Below the pieces are notes generated by a model, which saw only the letters and a list, made by a program, of their open reading frames with translations, ran no database searches and was not told where the DNA came from. Shown here piece by piece: positions 1 through 9,476 of a stretch of DNA of 64,000 nucleotides. The stretch lies in NCBI GenBank assembly GCA_963830915.1, contig CAWHOE010000034.1, forward strand, positions 44,703 to 108,702. The letters run 5' to 3'. The first letter of the stretch is position 1. Every line of letters begins with the position of its first letter. The stretch is from a candidate division FCPU426 bacterium. GTDB lineage: Bacteria; Oederibacteriota; Muellerivitia; Muellerivitales; Muellerivitaceae. Made by a program: the position numbers and the translations under genes.

Positions 1-113
1 TCGCCAGCGCCTTGATCCAGGTCATCTCCAAGACAAAACGAGGCATGATAGGGATGGCAGTCGAAAAGTTCTGCGGAAAAGTAGTGAAAGCTTTAAAAAG
101 TAGAAATCATTAA
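1..113 (+). CDS. trpA: 3' end of tryptophan synthase alpha subunit (partial)
   Basis: Frame from nt 3 reads ASALIQVISKTKRGMIGMAVEKFCGKVVKALKSRNH* (TAA 111-113), resembling the TrpA C-terminal (G/A)SA(I/L)V motif; trpA-accD-folC is a conserved gene order. Confidence 0.6.
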   Translation, partial: ASALIQVISKTKRGMIGMAVEKFCGKVVKALKSRNH

Positions 114-148
114 CGAGAAGATAAGAACAAGGCTTTAAGGAGTCCCCA

Positions 149-991
149 TTGGTCTGGTACAAAAAAGTGAAAAAAATGATCCACAAGGTCACGGATAAAC
201 GGTCCGTCCGGGTGCCGGAGGGGCTCTACGCAAAATGCGTTGGATGTTCGGCCATCCTTTACAACAAGGAGTTGGACAAGAACCAGAAAGTCTGCCCCAG
301 GTGCGGTTATCATTACCAGATCTCGGCGCTGGAAAGGCTTTACCTCACCATCGATTCTGGGACTTTCAAGGAATACGACGAGAACATCAGCTCGCTGAAC
401 CCGCTGGAATTTCCTGAATACGAGAACAAGATCAAAAGAGGCCAGGAAAAGACAAGGATGATCGACGCTGTCGTTACGGGTCTGGGTAAGATCGACGGGC
501 AACCCGCCTCGATCGCCATCACCGATTTCCAATTCATGGGTGGGAGTATGGGCAGTGTGGTGGGTGAAAAGATCACCAGGGCGGTGGAAAGGGCTATCCA
601 AGAAAAATTGGGGATGGTCATTATCTCTGCTTCCGGCGGCGGTGCCAGGATGCAGGAGGGAATTCTGTCCTTGATGCAGATGGCCAAGATATCGGCCGCT
701 TTGGCCAGGCTGGGCGAAGCCCGACTCCCCTATTTCTCGGTCCTGACCGATCCGACAGCGGGTGGCGTGGCCGCTTCTTTTGGCATGTTGGGGGATGTCA
801 ATATCGCCGAGCCGGGAGCTATGATCGGCTTCGCCGGTCCACGGGTCATCGAACAGACCATCCGTCAAAAACTGCCGAAGGGATTCCAGCGTTCCGAGTT
901 CCTCCTGGACCATGGGTTTGTGGATGTCATCGTTCCCCGGACCGAACTGAAAGCCACCCTCGGAAAGTACCTTAAATTCTTCAGACTGTGA
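149..991 (+). CDS. accD: Acetyl-CoA carboxylase carboxyltransferase beta subunit
   Basis: CxxC...CxxC zinc finger, FMGGSMGSVVGEK, SGGGARMQEG, PTAGGVAASF, GFAGPRVIEQT. Confidence 0.97.
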   Translation: MVWYKKVKKMIHKVTDKRSVRVPEGLYAKCVGCSAILYNKELDKNQKVCPRCGYHYQISALERLYLTIDSGTFKEYDENISSLNPLEFPEYENKIKRGQEKTRMIDAVVTGLGKIDGQPASIAITDFQFMGGSMGSVVGEKITRAVERAIQEKLGMVIISASGGGARMQEGILSLMQMAKISAALARLGEARLPYFSVLTDPTAGGVAASFGMLGDVNIAEPGAMIGFAGPRVIEQTIRQKLPKGFQRSEFLLDHGFVDVIVPRTELKATLGKYLKFFRL

Positions 992-2283
992 CCCATCCCC
1001 GCTCGCTGGAATCTCTGGAACGCCTGGGTTGGCGTTTCGGGTTGGAAACCATCCGGGCGTTATTGTCCGAACTGGGTGATCCACATCTTTCCCTGAAATG
1101 TGCGCACGTGGCTGGTTCCAATGGAAAAGGGTCCACCTGCGCTTTTATGGCATCTTACCTGCGTCAATGCGGATTCCAAGTAGGTCTCTATACATCACCC
1201 CATCTTTCGAATATCAGGGAACGGTTCCGAATAAACGGAGCTTGGATCGATGAAATAGAATTCGATAATTATTCCAAAAAAATATTGAAGGCCTGCGAGA
1301 AGGTCCGAAAAAGGCTCGGCCATGATCCTACTCATTTTGAGGCTTTAACGGCCCTGGCTTTTTTATGGTTCCGGGACAAGAAGGTGGAATGGGCAGTTGT
1401 GGAGGTGGGATTGGGGGGAAGGCTGGACGCTACCAACGTGATCGAAAATCCAGATCTATCCTTGATCACGCCTATCGGCTTGGAACACCAAGAAATCTTA
1501 GGCAAAAAGATAAGTAAGATCGCTTGGGAAAAGGCCGGGATTCTTAAAGAAGGGATTCCGGCCGCGACTATCCAATATAACTCCACGGCTTTAAACGCTA
1601 TCCGGAAAGTGGCGAAGGATAGGGCTGTCCATCTTTGGGTTGGAGGATTGGACTTTCTATATACCCGCCAACGTAATGGGTTTCATTGGGAAGGGCCTGG
1701 GCTAAGTAGATTATTTACTTTTCCCCATCGATCGGATTTCCAGATCATGAACGCATCTTTGGCTATCGCTGGGATACAGATCCTTCAACAAAATGGGATG
1801 AAGGGCAAACCAGAACAAATACAAAGATCAATGACCGGAATGAAGTGGCCGGGCCGATTGGAAGTCCTCCGGAAAAAACCACTGATCTTATTGGATGGCG
1901 CGCATAATCCAGACGCGGCAAGGGTTTTGGTGTCTTTTCTTAGAAAAGAATATCCCCGAAAAAAATGGATCGTTTTGAATGGGTTCCTTAAAGACAAAGA
2001 TTATGAAACTTGTGCCAAGATCCTATCCCCGTTGACAACTCTTTCCTTAGTGACTGAACCACCCAGTGACCGGACGGAAAAGGGGGAAAAAGTTTTCCGC
2101 GCTTGGGAAAGGGAAAGGGTTTCCAGCTTGCTTGTCCGGGATTGGGAAAAGGCTTTGGCCATTGGATTGATCAAATCGGGAGTTTCGTCGAACCCATTTC
2201 CTCTTTTGATCACTGGGTCGTTATATCTGGGAGGGGCCTGCCGAAAACGATTGATCGGTTATAAAGGGTTGGAAAGAATATAG
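988..2283 (+). CDS. folC: Folylpolyglutamate synthase/dihydrofolate synthase
   Basis: HVAGSNGKGST, YTSPHL, EVGLGGRLDATN, WPGRLE, LDGAHNP; overlaps the accD stop. Confidence 0.96.
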   Translation: MTHPRSLESLERLGWRFGLETIRALLSELGDPHLSLKCAHVAGSNGKGSTCAFMASYLRQCGFQVGLYTSPHLSNIRERFRINGAWIDEIEFDNYSKKILKACEKVRKRLGHDPTHFEALTALAFLWFRDKKVEWAVVEVGLGGRLDATNVIENPDLSLITPIGLEHQEILGKKISKIAWEKAGILKEGIPAATIQYNSTALNAIRKVAKDRAVHLWVGGLDFLYTRQRNGFHWEGPGLSRLFTFPHRSDFQIMNASLAIAGIQILQQNGMKGKPEQIQRSMTGMKWPGRLEVLRKKPLILLDGAHNPDAARVLVSFLRKEYPRKKWIVLNGFLKDKDYETCAKILSPLTTLSLVTEPPSDRTEKGEKVFRAWERERVSSLLVRDWEKALAIGLIKSGVSSNPFPLLITGSLYLGGACRKRLIGYKGLERI

Positions 2284-2290
2284 ACTTTTT

Positions 2291-3475
2291 TTAATGGCTG
2301 TCTAAAAGATTTGGCTTTATTAAGGCCCAAAAATTCAATTGAAGTCCTAACAAGAAAAATTGGACATTCATGAACTGATGGCTGAACGTGTATTCGGTCA
2401 ATCCCCAGACTAAAACGGAGGAAAAAACGCATAAAAAGATCCAGTTCAAACCCTCCAATTCGATCAGAGTTTCTTGGCGGCTCAAGGCAGTTTTGTAGTA
2501 ACTGAATATCCAGAATAAATAGGCTATCAAACCTATCCAACCGTTTTGAACAAGGACCTGGAGAAAATTGTTGTGAAGGTGGGGAACGGTCGGTTCATAT
2601 AGATTCAGAGCCATCAATCGATAGCGGGGGAAAACATCCGAAATGTTTCCTTGGCCAATTCCCCAGGGATGGTCTTTGATGATCTTCATGCCAGAAAGCC
2701 ATATCAGAAGCCTGGGTTGACTGGAGTTGGCGATTTGGTGGTTGTCGTCGTATGAGATATTCAAGTCGGTGATACTTTTAACCCTGTTTTGCAATGAGGT
2801 CGGCATCATGAAAAAGGCCGACGCGATCAAGATGGCCGCTGCCAATAGCCATTTGCGATTGTAACGCCAGGAAAAAAGGAAAAAACCGGCGAAAGCCCCG
2901 ATCCAAGCTCCCCTCGTTTGGGTAAGAACAAGGGCCGAGAGGATGAGTATGAAGCTGGCCCAAAGCCAAATGTTTTTGGGCGAGTTTTTCAAGAACCAGA
3001 TCGTCAATAGTAATCCCGCCATCAACAACCCGCCGAAGACCATTTTGTCCCCCGAAAATGAATCGATCCGATTCTCGTGGAGGAAGAAATACTTTCCAAT
3101 ACCGTAAATGGAACAAATGGCGGTACCGAAGATGAAGATTAAAAGCAACTTTCTGATTTCTTGCTCACCGAGAGCCATAGCTCCCAGAGGGAAGATCATT
3201 AAGAAGGTTAGATATTTATGGACAGTATGAAAACTATTGGCGGGATCCACTCCTACTACCGCCCCAAGGAAAAAAGTGGACAAAAAAAGCAGCGTGGCAA
3301 AAGGAAATAGTCCTTTAGGCCAATTGACCGGTTCCTTGGAACGGAAACGTAGATAAAAAAAGATCAAAACAGCCACCCAAATCAAGTTCTGCAATGAAAT
3401 CGAGGCAACCGCGGTGGCAGAAAATGCGGATAGGCACCACAGAAGGTAACGATTATTTGTTGCCGATGTTTCCAT
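2291..3475 (-). CDS. O-antigen ligase (Wzy_C/WaaL) family membrane protein
   Basis: Multi-TM protein with LTQTRGAWIG, RLLIW...HPWGIG and HLHNNFLQVLVQNGWIG motifs. Confidence 0.85.
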   Translation of the reverse strand: METSATNNRYLLWCLSAFSATAVASISLQNLIWVAVLIFFYLRFRSKEPVNWPKGLFPFATLLFLSTFFLGAVVGVDPANSFHTVHKYLTFLMIFPLGAMALGEQEIRKLLLIFIFGTAICSIYGIGKYFFLHENRIDSFSGDKMVFGGLLMAGLLLTIWFLKNSPKNIWLWASFILILSALVLTQTRGAWIGAFAGFFLFSWRYNRKWLLAAAILIASAFFMMPTSLQNRVKSITDLNISYDDNHQIANSSQPRLLIWLSGMKIIKDHPWGIGQGNISDVFPRYRLMALNLYEPTVPHLHNNFLQVLVQNGWIGLIAYLFWIFSYYKTALSRQETLIELEGLNWIFLCVFSSVLVWGLTEYTFSHQFMNVQFFLLGLQLNFWALIKPNLLDSH

Positions 3476-3692
3476 GAATCGGAATTATAAGGCTCTTTCC
3501 CTAATGGAGGAACCATTCCTCGTGAAAAACCATTGTTATCGGCAGGTTGTTCGTTGACAGGGTCTATCCTGGATGTTTTAATAACGTTGGTTTTTCGGTC
3601 TTCCGGCGGAAAAAAGAGCCGGTGGACAATTTGGCTCTGAAACTTTCCCGTGAAATGTCGGGGTGTTTCGGTCCCTATAGCGGAGGAATGGA

Positions 3693-4796
3693 ATGGCAAA
3701 AGTCGTCCTCAAGAACGTCAACAAGGTCTATGGAAATAATGTTGTCGCGGTCAATAACGTTAATATCGAGATCGCCGACAAGGAATTTCTGGTCTTGGTC
3801 GGACCCTCGGGTTGTGGTAAATCCACCACTCTTCGTATGGTGGCTGGATTGGAAGAGCTCTCGGGCGGCGAGATCCGCATCGATGATACCCTGGTCAATG
3901 ATGTCCCTCCCAAAGATAGGGATATCGCCATGGTCTTCCAGAATTACGCTCTTTATCCACACATGACCGTGTTCGAGAACATGGCATTCGGTCTAAAACT
4001 CCGCAAATACCCTAAAGAAGAGATCAAACAGCGGGTCTATGAGGCGGCCAACATCCTGGGTATCCAGGAATTGCTGAATCGCCGTCCCAAGGAACTGTCT
4101 GGCGGTCAGCGCCAACGCGTGGCGGTCGGTCGAGCCATCGTCCGCAAACCGAAAGTGTTCCTGTTCGACGAGCCCCTTTCTAACCTGGACGCCAAATTGC
4201 GTGTACAGATGAGGGCTGAGATCTCCAAGCTCCATACCCGCCTTCAGGCGACCATGATCTATGTGACCCACGATCAGTTGGAAGCCATGACCATGGGCGA
4301 CCGGATCGCGGTCATGAAGGACGGCTATGTCCAACAGATCGCCGATCCTATCACCCTCTATGAGAAGCCCCTCAACAAGTTCGTCGCTGGTTTCATTGGG
4401 ACTCCCGCCATGAACTTCATGGAAGGTTCGCTCAACAAAAAGCGTACAGGGATCTATTTCAACGAGGAGAACTTCGAGATCCGTCTGCCGGACCAGTTCT
4501 CTGCTCAAGTGGAAGGCCATGTGGGTCGGGAAGTCATTTTGGGGATACGGCCCGAGGACATCCATGACAAGATGGACGCGGCCAACGCTTCCCCTGATAA
4601 CACCATCAGCGCCACAGTCGAGATCATCGAGCCGCTGGGCGCCGAAGCCTATCTTTATCTGACGACCGGAAAGAGCCCCTTCATCGCGAGGGTTTCCAGC
4701 CACGATCAGATCGAGATCAACCAGGATATCGAATTGGTCTTCAATATGCAGAAGGCCCATATCTTCGATAAAGAAACGGAAAAGTGCCTAACCTAA
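3693..4796 (+). CDS. Carbohydrate ABC transporter ATP-binding protein (MalK/UgpC/MsmX type)
   Basis: GPSGCGKST, VFQNYALYPHM, LSGGQRQRVA, DEPLSNLDAKLR, C-terminal TOBE region; GGAGG RBS. Confidence 0.95.
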   Translation: MAKVVLKNVNKVYGNNVVAVNNVNIEIADKEFLVLVGPSGCGKSTTLRMVAGLEELSGGEIRIDDTLVNDVPPKDRDIAMVFQNYALYPHMTVFENMAFGLKLRKYPKEEIKQRVYEAANILGIQELLNRRPKELSGGQRQRVAVGRAIVRKPKVFLFDEPLSNLDAKLRVQMRAEISKLHTRLQATMIYVTHDQLEAMTMGDRIAVMKDGYVQQIADPITLYEKPLNKFVAGFIGTPAMNFMEGSLNKKRTGIYFNEENFEIRLPDQFSAQVEGHVGREVILGIRPEDIHDKMDAANASPDNTISATVEIIEPLGAEAYLYLTTGKSPFIARVSSHDQIEINQDIELVFNMQKAHIFDKETEKCLT

Positions 4797-4835
4797 GGTA
4801 TTGATCCGACGCTGTTCGAAAAATATGAAGTCACT

Positions 4836-4866
4836 AAAACCGGGGCGAAAAACGTCCCGGTTTTTA
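4836..4866 (+). terminator. Rho-independent terminator (possibly bidirectional)
   Basis: AAAACCGGGGCG-AAAAA-CGTCCCGGTTTT hairpin with T run, just after the ATPase stop. Confidence 0.65.
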
Positions 4867-4916
4867 AGTTTCTGGTAAGATTACTTACGTTTGTAACATC
4901 CCGATAAGGAGAACCA

Positions 4917-6221
4917 ATGCGAATCGCCGTCGTTGGAACGGGCTATGTCGGACTGGTGACCGGGTCCTGTTTCGCCGATCTGGGAAATATCGTGACCTGT
5001 GTCGATGTGGACAAGAAGAAAATACAGGATCTAAAAAAAGGGATCGTCCCTATATTCGAGCCGGGCCTGGAAGAGGTTGTCCGGCGCAACAAAAACCAGC
5101 GTCTTCTTTTTACTACGGACCTAGCCAAGGCGGTTCAAGAAGCGGATTTCATTTTCATTGCCGTCAGTACCCCTCCCGGCAAGGGCGGGGAAGCGGATAT
5201 TTCCAATGTGAAAGCGGTCGCCCGAGGGATCGCCAAGTCCATTAATGGTTATAAGATCATCATCAATAAAAGCACGGTTCCCATCGGCATGGGGGATGTG
5301 GTGACCCAGATCATCAAACAGAATGGGCCTGAGGATGTTTCTTTCGATGTAGTCTCCAATCCCGAGTTCCTTAGGGAAGGCTCCGCGGTGATGGACCTGA
5401 TGAAGCCTGAACGTGTTGTGATCGGCGCCACCCGCCGGTCAGCCGCTCAGAAAGTCGCTGAGATCTACAAACCGCTCCATTGCCCGATCCTTATCACCGA
5501 TTTGAAAAGCGCCGAGATGATCAAATACGCCTCGAACGCTTTCCTGGCCACAAAAATATCCTTCGTCAACGAGATATCCAATCTTTGCGATAAGGTCGGG
5601 GCTGATATCCAGCAAGTGACCAAAGGGATGAGTTATGACACGAGGATCGGTAACCAATTCTTGAACGCGGGACTGGGTTTTGGCGGAAGCTGTTTCCCCA
5701 AGGATGTATCGGCACTGGTCGATATCGGTAAAAAAAATGGATATCCCTTCCGTATCCTGCCCCAAGTTTTGGCCATCAATCATTTCCAGCGTTTGGCCTA
5801 CGTGGCAAAAGTCCGGAAAGTTCTGGGGCCAATAAAAGGCAAGACTTTGGCTGTCTGGGGATTATCTTTCAAACCCAATACGGACGACCTACGGGAAGCC
5901 CCTTCCCTGACGATTCTTCCTTTTTTGTCCGCTGCGGGTGCCAAGGTCAGGGCTTATGACCCTGTTACGAACGAAAAGGCTAAGGAAATTTTCAAGAAGG
6001 TTAAATTCTTTAGCTCTCCTTATGAGACGGCTCGGGGAGCGGACGCGGTCTTGGTTTTGACAGAATGGAATGAGTTCAAACAGGTGGATTTCCAGAAGTT
6101 GAAAATGCTGATGAAAAGGCCTGTCCTGATCGACGGACGCAACATGTATGAACCACAGGAAATGGTTGAAAAGGGATTCGCCTATACTGGTATGGGACGG
6201 GGAGAAGTCCTGAATTTTTGA
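4917..6221 (+). CDS. ugd: UDP-glucose/GDP-mannose dehydrogenase family protein (UDP-glucose 6-dehydrogenase)
   Basis: GTGYVG, NKSTVP, SNPEFLREG, GFGGSCFPKD, FKPNTDDLRE. Confidence 0.95.
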   Translation: MRIAVVGTGYVGLVTGSCFADLGNIVTCVDVDKKKIQDLKKGIVPIFEPGLEEVVRRNKNQRLLFTTDLAKAVQEADFIFIAVSTPPGKGGEADISNVKAVARGIAKSINGYKIIINKSTVPIGMGDVVTQIIKQNGPEDVSFDVVSNPEFLREGSAVMDLMKPERVVIGATRRSAAQKVAEIYKPLHCPILITDLKSAEMIKYASNAFLATKISFVNEISNLCDKVGADIQQVTKGMSYDTRIGNQFLNAGLGFGGSCFPKDVSALVDIGKKNGYPFRILPQVLAINHFQRLAYVAKVRKVLGPIKGKTLAVWGLSFKPNTDDLREAPSLTILPFLSAAGAKVRAYDPVTNEKAKEIFKKVKFFSSPYETARGADAVLVLTEWNEFKQVDFQKLKMLMKRPVLIDGRNMYEPQEMVEKGFAYTGMGRGEVLNF

Positions 6222-6256
6222 TGAGCCCGTTGAACTTAATCAAGGAGCTATCCTAA

Positions 6257-7126
6257 GTGAGAATAGTTTTGTTGGGTTCCGCCGGAATGCTGGGATCGAA
6301 ATTTTCCGAAATCCTTGCTCAAAGAAAAGATCAAATTCTGGCCCCTTCACTTCAGGAATTGGACCTTTCCGAACCGCTTGCCATCGAGGAATATTTCAAG
6401 AAGAACGACTTTGACGTGGTGGTCAACTGCGCGGCCTATACTGCTGTCGATGCCTGCGAGGAACCTTCCCAATATTCCATCGCCCTGAACGTCAATGGCG
6501 CGGCTCCGGGGTGGTTGGCCCGCTTCTGCAAAAAAACGAAACGAATGTTGGTGCATTATTCTACCGACTATGTGTTCGACGGTGAAAAAGAAGGTTTTTA
6601 CCTTGAGGCCGACAATCCCAACCCGTTGAACGCTTATGGTCGAACTAAATGGCAGGGTGAACGTCTGGTCCAGACAGAGAACCCTTTTTATTACTTGATC
6701 CGCACCTCATGGCTCTACGGGCCTCATGGAAGGAATTTCGTGAAGACCATCGTTAACGTCTTGAAAACCAAGCCCAAGGCCGAGGTGGTTTCGGACCAGG
6801 TGGGACGGCCAACTTACACAGGAGATCTAGTCCGTTTTACCCTGGAACTCCTTGAAAAAAAAGCCGAACAGGGGCTCTACCATTACGCTAATGAAGGCAC
6901 GGCTTCCTGGTGCGATTTCGCCAGAGAAATCCAGGCTCAAACCGGATTGGAAAACTGCAAGGTGGTTCCATCGTTGACCGAAAATGTGTTTAGACCCGCC
7001 AAACGCCCGGCCAATTCCAGGCTTGATCTCAGTAAATCCTCTGCGGCCGTCGGCCACCCTTCGCGTCCCTGGCAGGAAGCTTTGGGCGAATATTTGACCA
7101 AGGAATTGCCGAATGAAACGACCTGA
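6257..7126 (+). CDS. rfbD: dTDP-4-dehydrorhamnose reductase
   Basis: GSAGMLG, NCAAYTAVD, STDYVFDG, YGRTK, RTSWLYG, DQVGRPT. Confidence 0.93.
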   Translation: MRIVLLGSAGMLGSKFSEILAQRKDQILAPSLQELDLSEPLAIEEYFKKNDFDVVVNCAAYTAVDACEEPSQYSIALNVNGAAPGWLARFCKKTKRMLVHYSTDYVFDGEKEGFYLEADNPNPLNAYGRTKWQGERLVQTENPFYYLIRTSWLYGPHGRNFVKTIVNVLKTKPKAEVVSDQVGRPTYTGDLVRFTLELLEKKAEQGLYHYANEGTASWCDFAREIQAQTGLENCKVVPSLTENVFRPAKRPANSRLDLSKSSAAVGHPSRPWQEALGEYLTKELPNETT

Positions 7127-7853
7127 ACTGACCGTTGTCATCCCGGTTTACAATGAGGAAAATCGAATCGGCCCTACCCTTGAGGAATCCTTGCATTATT
7201 TGAAAACCAAAAAGATTTCCGCCGAGATCCTGATCGTGGACGATGGGTCGAAGGATCGAACCCGAGCGGTTGTGGAAAAAATAGAAAAACGCGCAAAGGG
7301 ATGGATCGTTATTCATTTCCTTGAACATGGCGTCAATAAGGGTAAAGGGGCCGCGGTCCGTACCGGGGCTTTAGCCGCCAAGGGGGAAGTAATCCTATTC
7401 ATGGACGCTGACAACGCTACTCCCCTCTCGGAATATGAGAAATTCAAGCCAGTCCTCAAATCCGGGGTCGAGGTGGTGATCGGAAGCCGAGCCGTGGATC
7501 GATCCCAGGTCAAGATCCCCCAACCGATCTATCGTCAAGCCTTGGGGAGGGTGGCGAATCTTCTCATTCAAATACTGGTCGTCTGGGGTATTTGGGATAC
7601 TCAATGTGGTTTCAAGGCTTTTTCCCGAAAGGCGGCTAGCCGAATATTCCCTCTTCAGACCATTCACCGTTTCGGTTTCGATTTTGAACTGCTTTTTATC
7701 GCCCATCGCCTTGGATTTACCATCAAAGAAATTTCCGTTCAGTGGTTCAACTCACCCTATTCAAAGGTCAAATTGGGGGATTATTTACACACTTTGATCG
7801 AATTATTCACGATCCGGGTGAATGCCCTGAAGGGTCTTTACGACCGGAAATAG
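7113..7853 (+). CDS. GT2 glycosyltransferase, dolichyl/polyprenyl-phosphate glucosyltransferase-like
   Basis: VVIPVYNEE, DDGSKD, NKGKG, MDAD, DTQCGFKAF, FGFDFELL. Confidence 0.9.
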   Translation: MKRPELTVVIPVYNEENRIGPTLEESLHYLKTKKISAEILIVDDGSKDRTRAVVEKIEKRAKGWIVIHFLEHGVNKGKGAAVRTGALAAKGEVILFMDADNATPLSEYEKFKPVLKSGVEVVIGSRAVDRSQVKIPQPIYRQALGRVANLLIQILVVWGIWDTQCGFKAFSRKAASRIFPLQTIHRFGFDFELLFIAHRLGFTIKEISVQWFNSPYSKVKLGDYLHTLIELFTIRVNALKGLYDRK

Positions 7854-8027
7854 GGACTCGGTTTTTTTAAACCCGGAAGAATCAGAAGAAAAAACGATAT
7901 GTTTTCCGAATCCACCTTTGTTCTCTTCGAAAATAAATTCATCCTCAACGGGAACGCTTTTATTTCAACCGGTGGAGAAGAATGTTAATGCTCCAAAGGT
8001 TTATATCCATGGAAAGATGAGGGCTTC

Positions 8028-9476
8028 ATGAGTCCGATTGAAGGCCGAGCCCGAAGGGTTATTCATAATACTTTCCTTCTTTTTGGCTCTGAGAAGGCCG
8101 CCCAATTATTTTCATTGTTGGTTTTCATGTTTCTGACCCGGCGATGGGATGTGGCCACCTATGGGCAATACGCTCTCATCAAGAATTGGGTGGCCATATT
8201 CGCGACTTTTAGTGACCTTGGTTTGAACGCCCTGACCATTAGGGAAGTGGCCCATCGCCGGAGTTTAGCGGGGTTTTATCTCCGGAACGTCATGGGAATA
8301 AGGTCACTTTTCTCCATGGCGCTGTTGGGCTTGTTGGGTTTGGTTGGGATACTTTTCCACTATGAATCGCTGATCAAAGTCGGTTTGGTGATCATGGGCA
8401 CGAGGATTGTATTGGATTGTATTTCGGGTGGTTATGTCTATTTGCTTCAAGCGCATGAACGGATGGGAGTCCATGGTTTGATTGTGGTCCTTTCCAGTGT
8501 GATCCGTTTATTGGGGATCGTTCTCGTAGTTTGGCTAGGAGGCGGCATATGGGGGGCTTGCGCGATTTGGGTTTTGGCCAGTGCCTTTTCGCTTTCCGCT
8601 CTTTCTTTCATTGGGATACGAAGCAAATGGGTGCCTGATTTTTCCAAATGGAAATGGGATGAAGTGGGGAAGGTCCTTCGTTTAGCCCTTCCTTTGGCGA
8701 CCTTTTGGTCCCTTCAGATGCTTTATTTCCGGGTGGATACGGTCATCCTGAAAAGCCTCAAGGGCAATGAAGCGGTCGGTTTATATGACGCTGCCTACAC
8801 GTTTTTAAATAGTATTTTGTCTTTGTCCCAATTATTCGGACTTTCCACCTTGCCCGTCTTTTCCTCGGCGCAAGATAAGAAATCGGATTTTGGAAGATTG
8901 GCGATCCGTTCGATCAAACTACTTTTATTCTTGGGGATCCCGATCACGGTGGGAGGTGTCTTATTGGCAAGACCATTGATCGTCCTGTTTTCGGGACAGA
9001 AATACCTGCCAGCCAGTCCTTTCTTCGTTGTTTTGATCCTTTCAACTGTCCCATTTTTCATTTCGAACATCTATATCAATGTTTTGACCGTGAAAAACCC
9101 AAAAATGTTGAATCTTCTATATTTCACCCTTTTTGTAATGAATATCGCCTTCAATTTTCTGCTCATCCCGACCTGGGGAGCGACGGGCGCGGCTTGGGCC
9201 ACCGTTTTCTGCGAATGGATCGGCTTAGGATGGGGGCTTTGGATGATGCGAGAATACATTCTAGGCGCGCCTAAACAGGGTTTTGTTCAATCGGTTTTTG
9301 TATCTTTGGCGGCCGCAGGCATAATGGGTCTTGCCATTAACCTGGATCCCCGGCTTTACTGGCTAGTTTTGGGACCGGTGATCTACGGAGTGGGGATGTA
9401 TCTTTTCAAAGGATTGGATCGACAAGACATGGCAAGCCTGTGGTCCGCATTAAAGATATACGGGAAAAGGGATTGA
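8028..9476 (+). CDS. Wzx-type polysaccharide flippase
   Basis: Multi-TM protein; DLGL, YFRVDTVIL...VGLY, NFLLIPTWGATGAAWAT. Confidence 0.9.
   Translation: MSPIEGRARRVIHNTFLLFGSEKAAQLFSLLVFMFLTRRWDVATYGQYALIKNWVAIFATFSDLGLNALTIREVAHRRSLAGFYLRNVMGIRSLFSMALLGLLGLVGILFHYESLIKVGLVIMGTRIVLDCISGGYVYLLQAHERMGVHGLIVVLSSVIRLLGIVLVVWLGGGIWGACAIWVLASAFSLSALSFIGIRSKWVPDFSKWKWDEVGKVLRLALPLATFWSLQMLYFRVDTVILKSLKGNEAVGLYDAAYTFLNSILSLSQLFGLSTLPVFSSAQDKKSDFGRLAIRSIKLLLFLGIPITVGGVLLARPLIVLFSGQKYLPASPFFVVLILSTVPFFISNIYINVLTVKNPKMLNLLYFTLFVMNIAFNFLLIPTWGATGAAWATVFCEWIGLGWGLWMMREYILGAPKQGFVQSVFVSLAAAGIMGLAINLDPRLYWLVLGPVIYGVGMYLFKGLDRQDMASLWSALKIYGKRD

Noticed and set aside
110..1084. 324-aa antisense ORF and similar long antisense ORFs over the ATPase, hisS, aspS, era and ABC genes
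   Set aside because: They are shadows of well-supported genes on the opposite strand.
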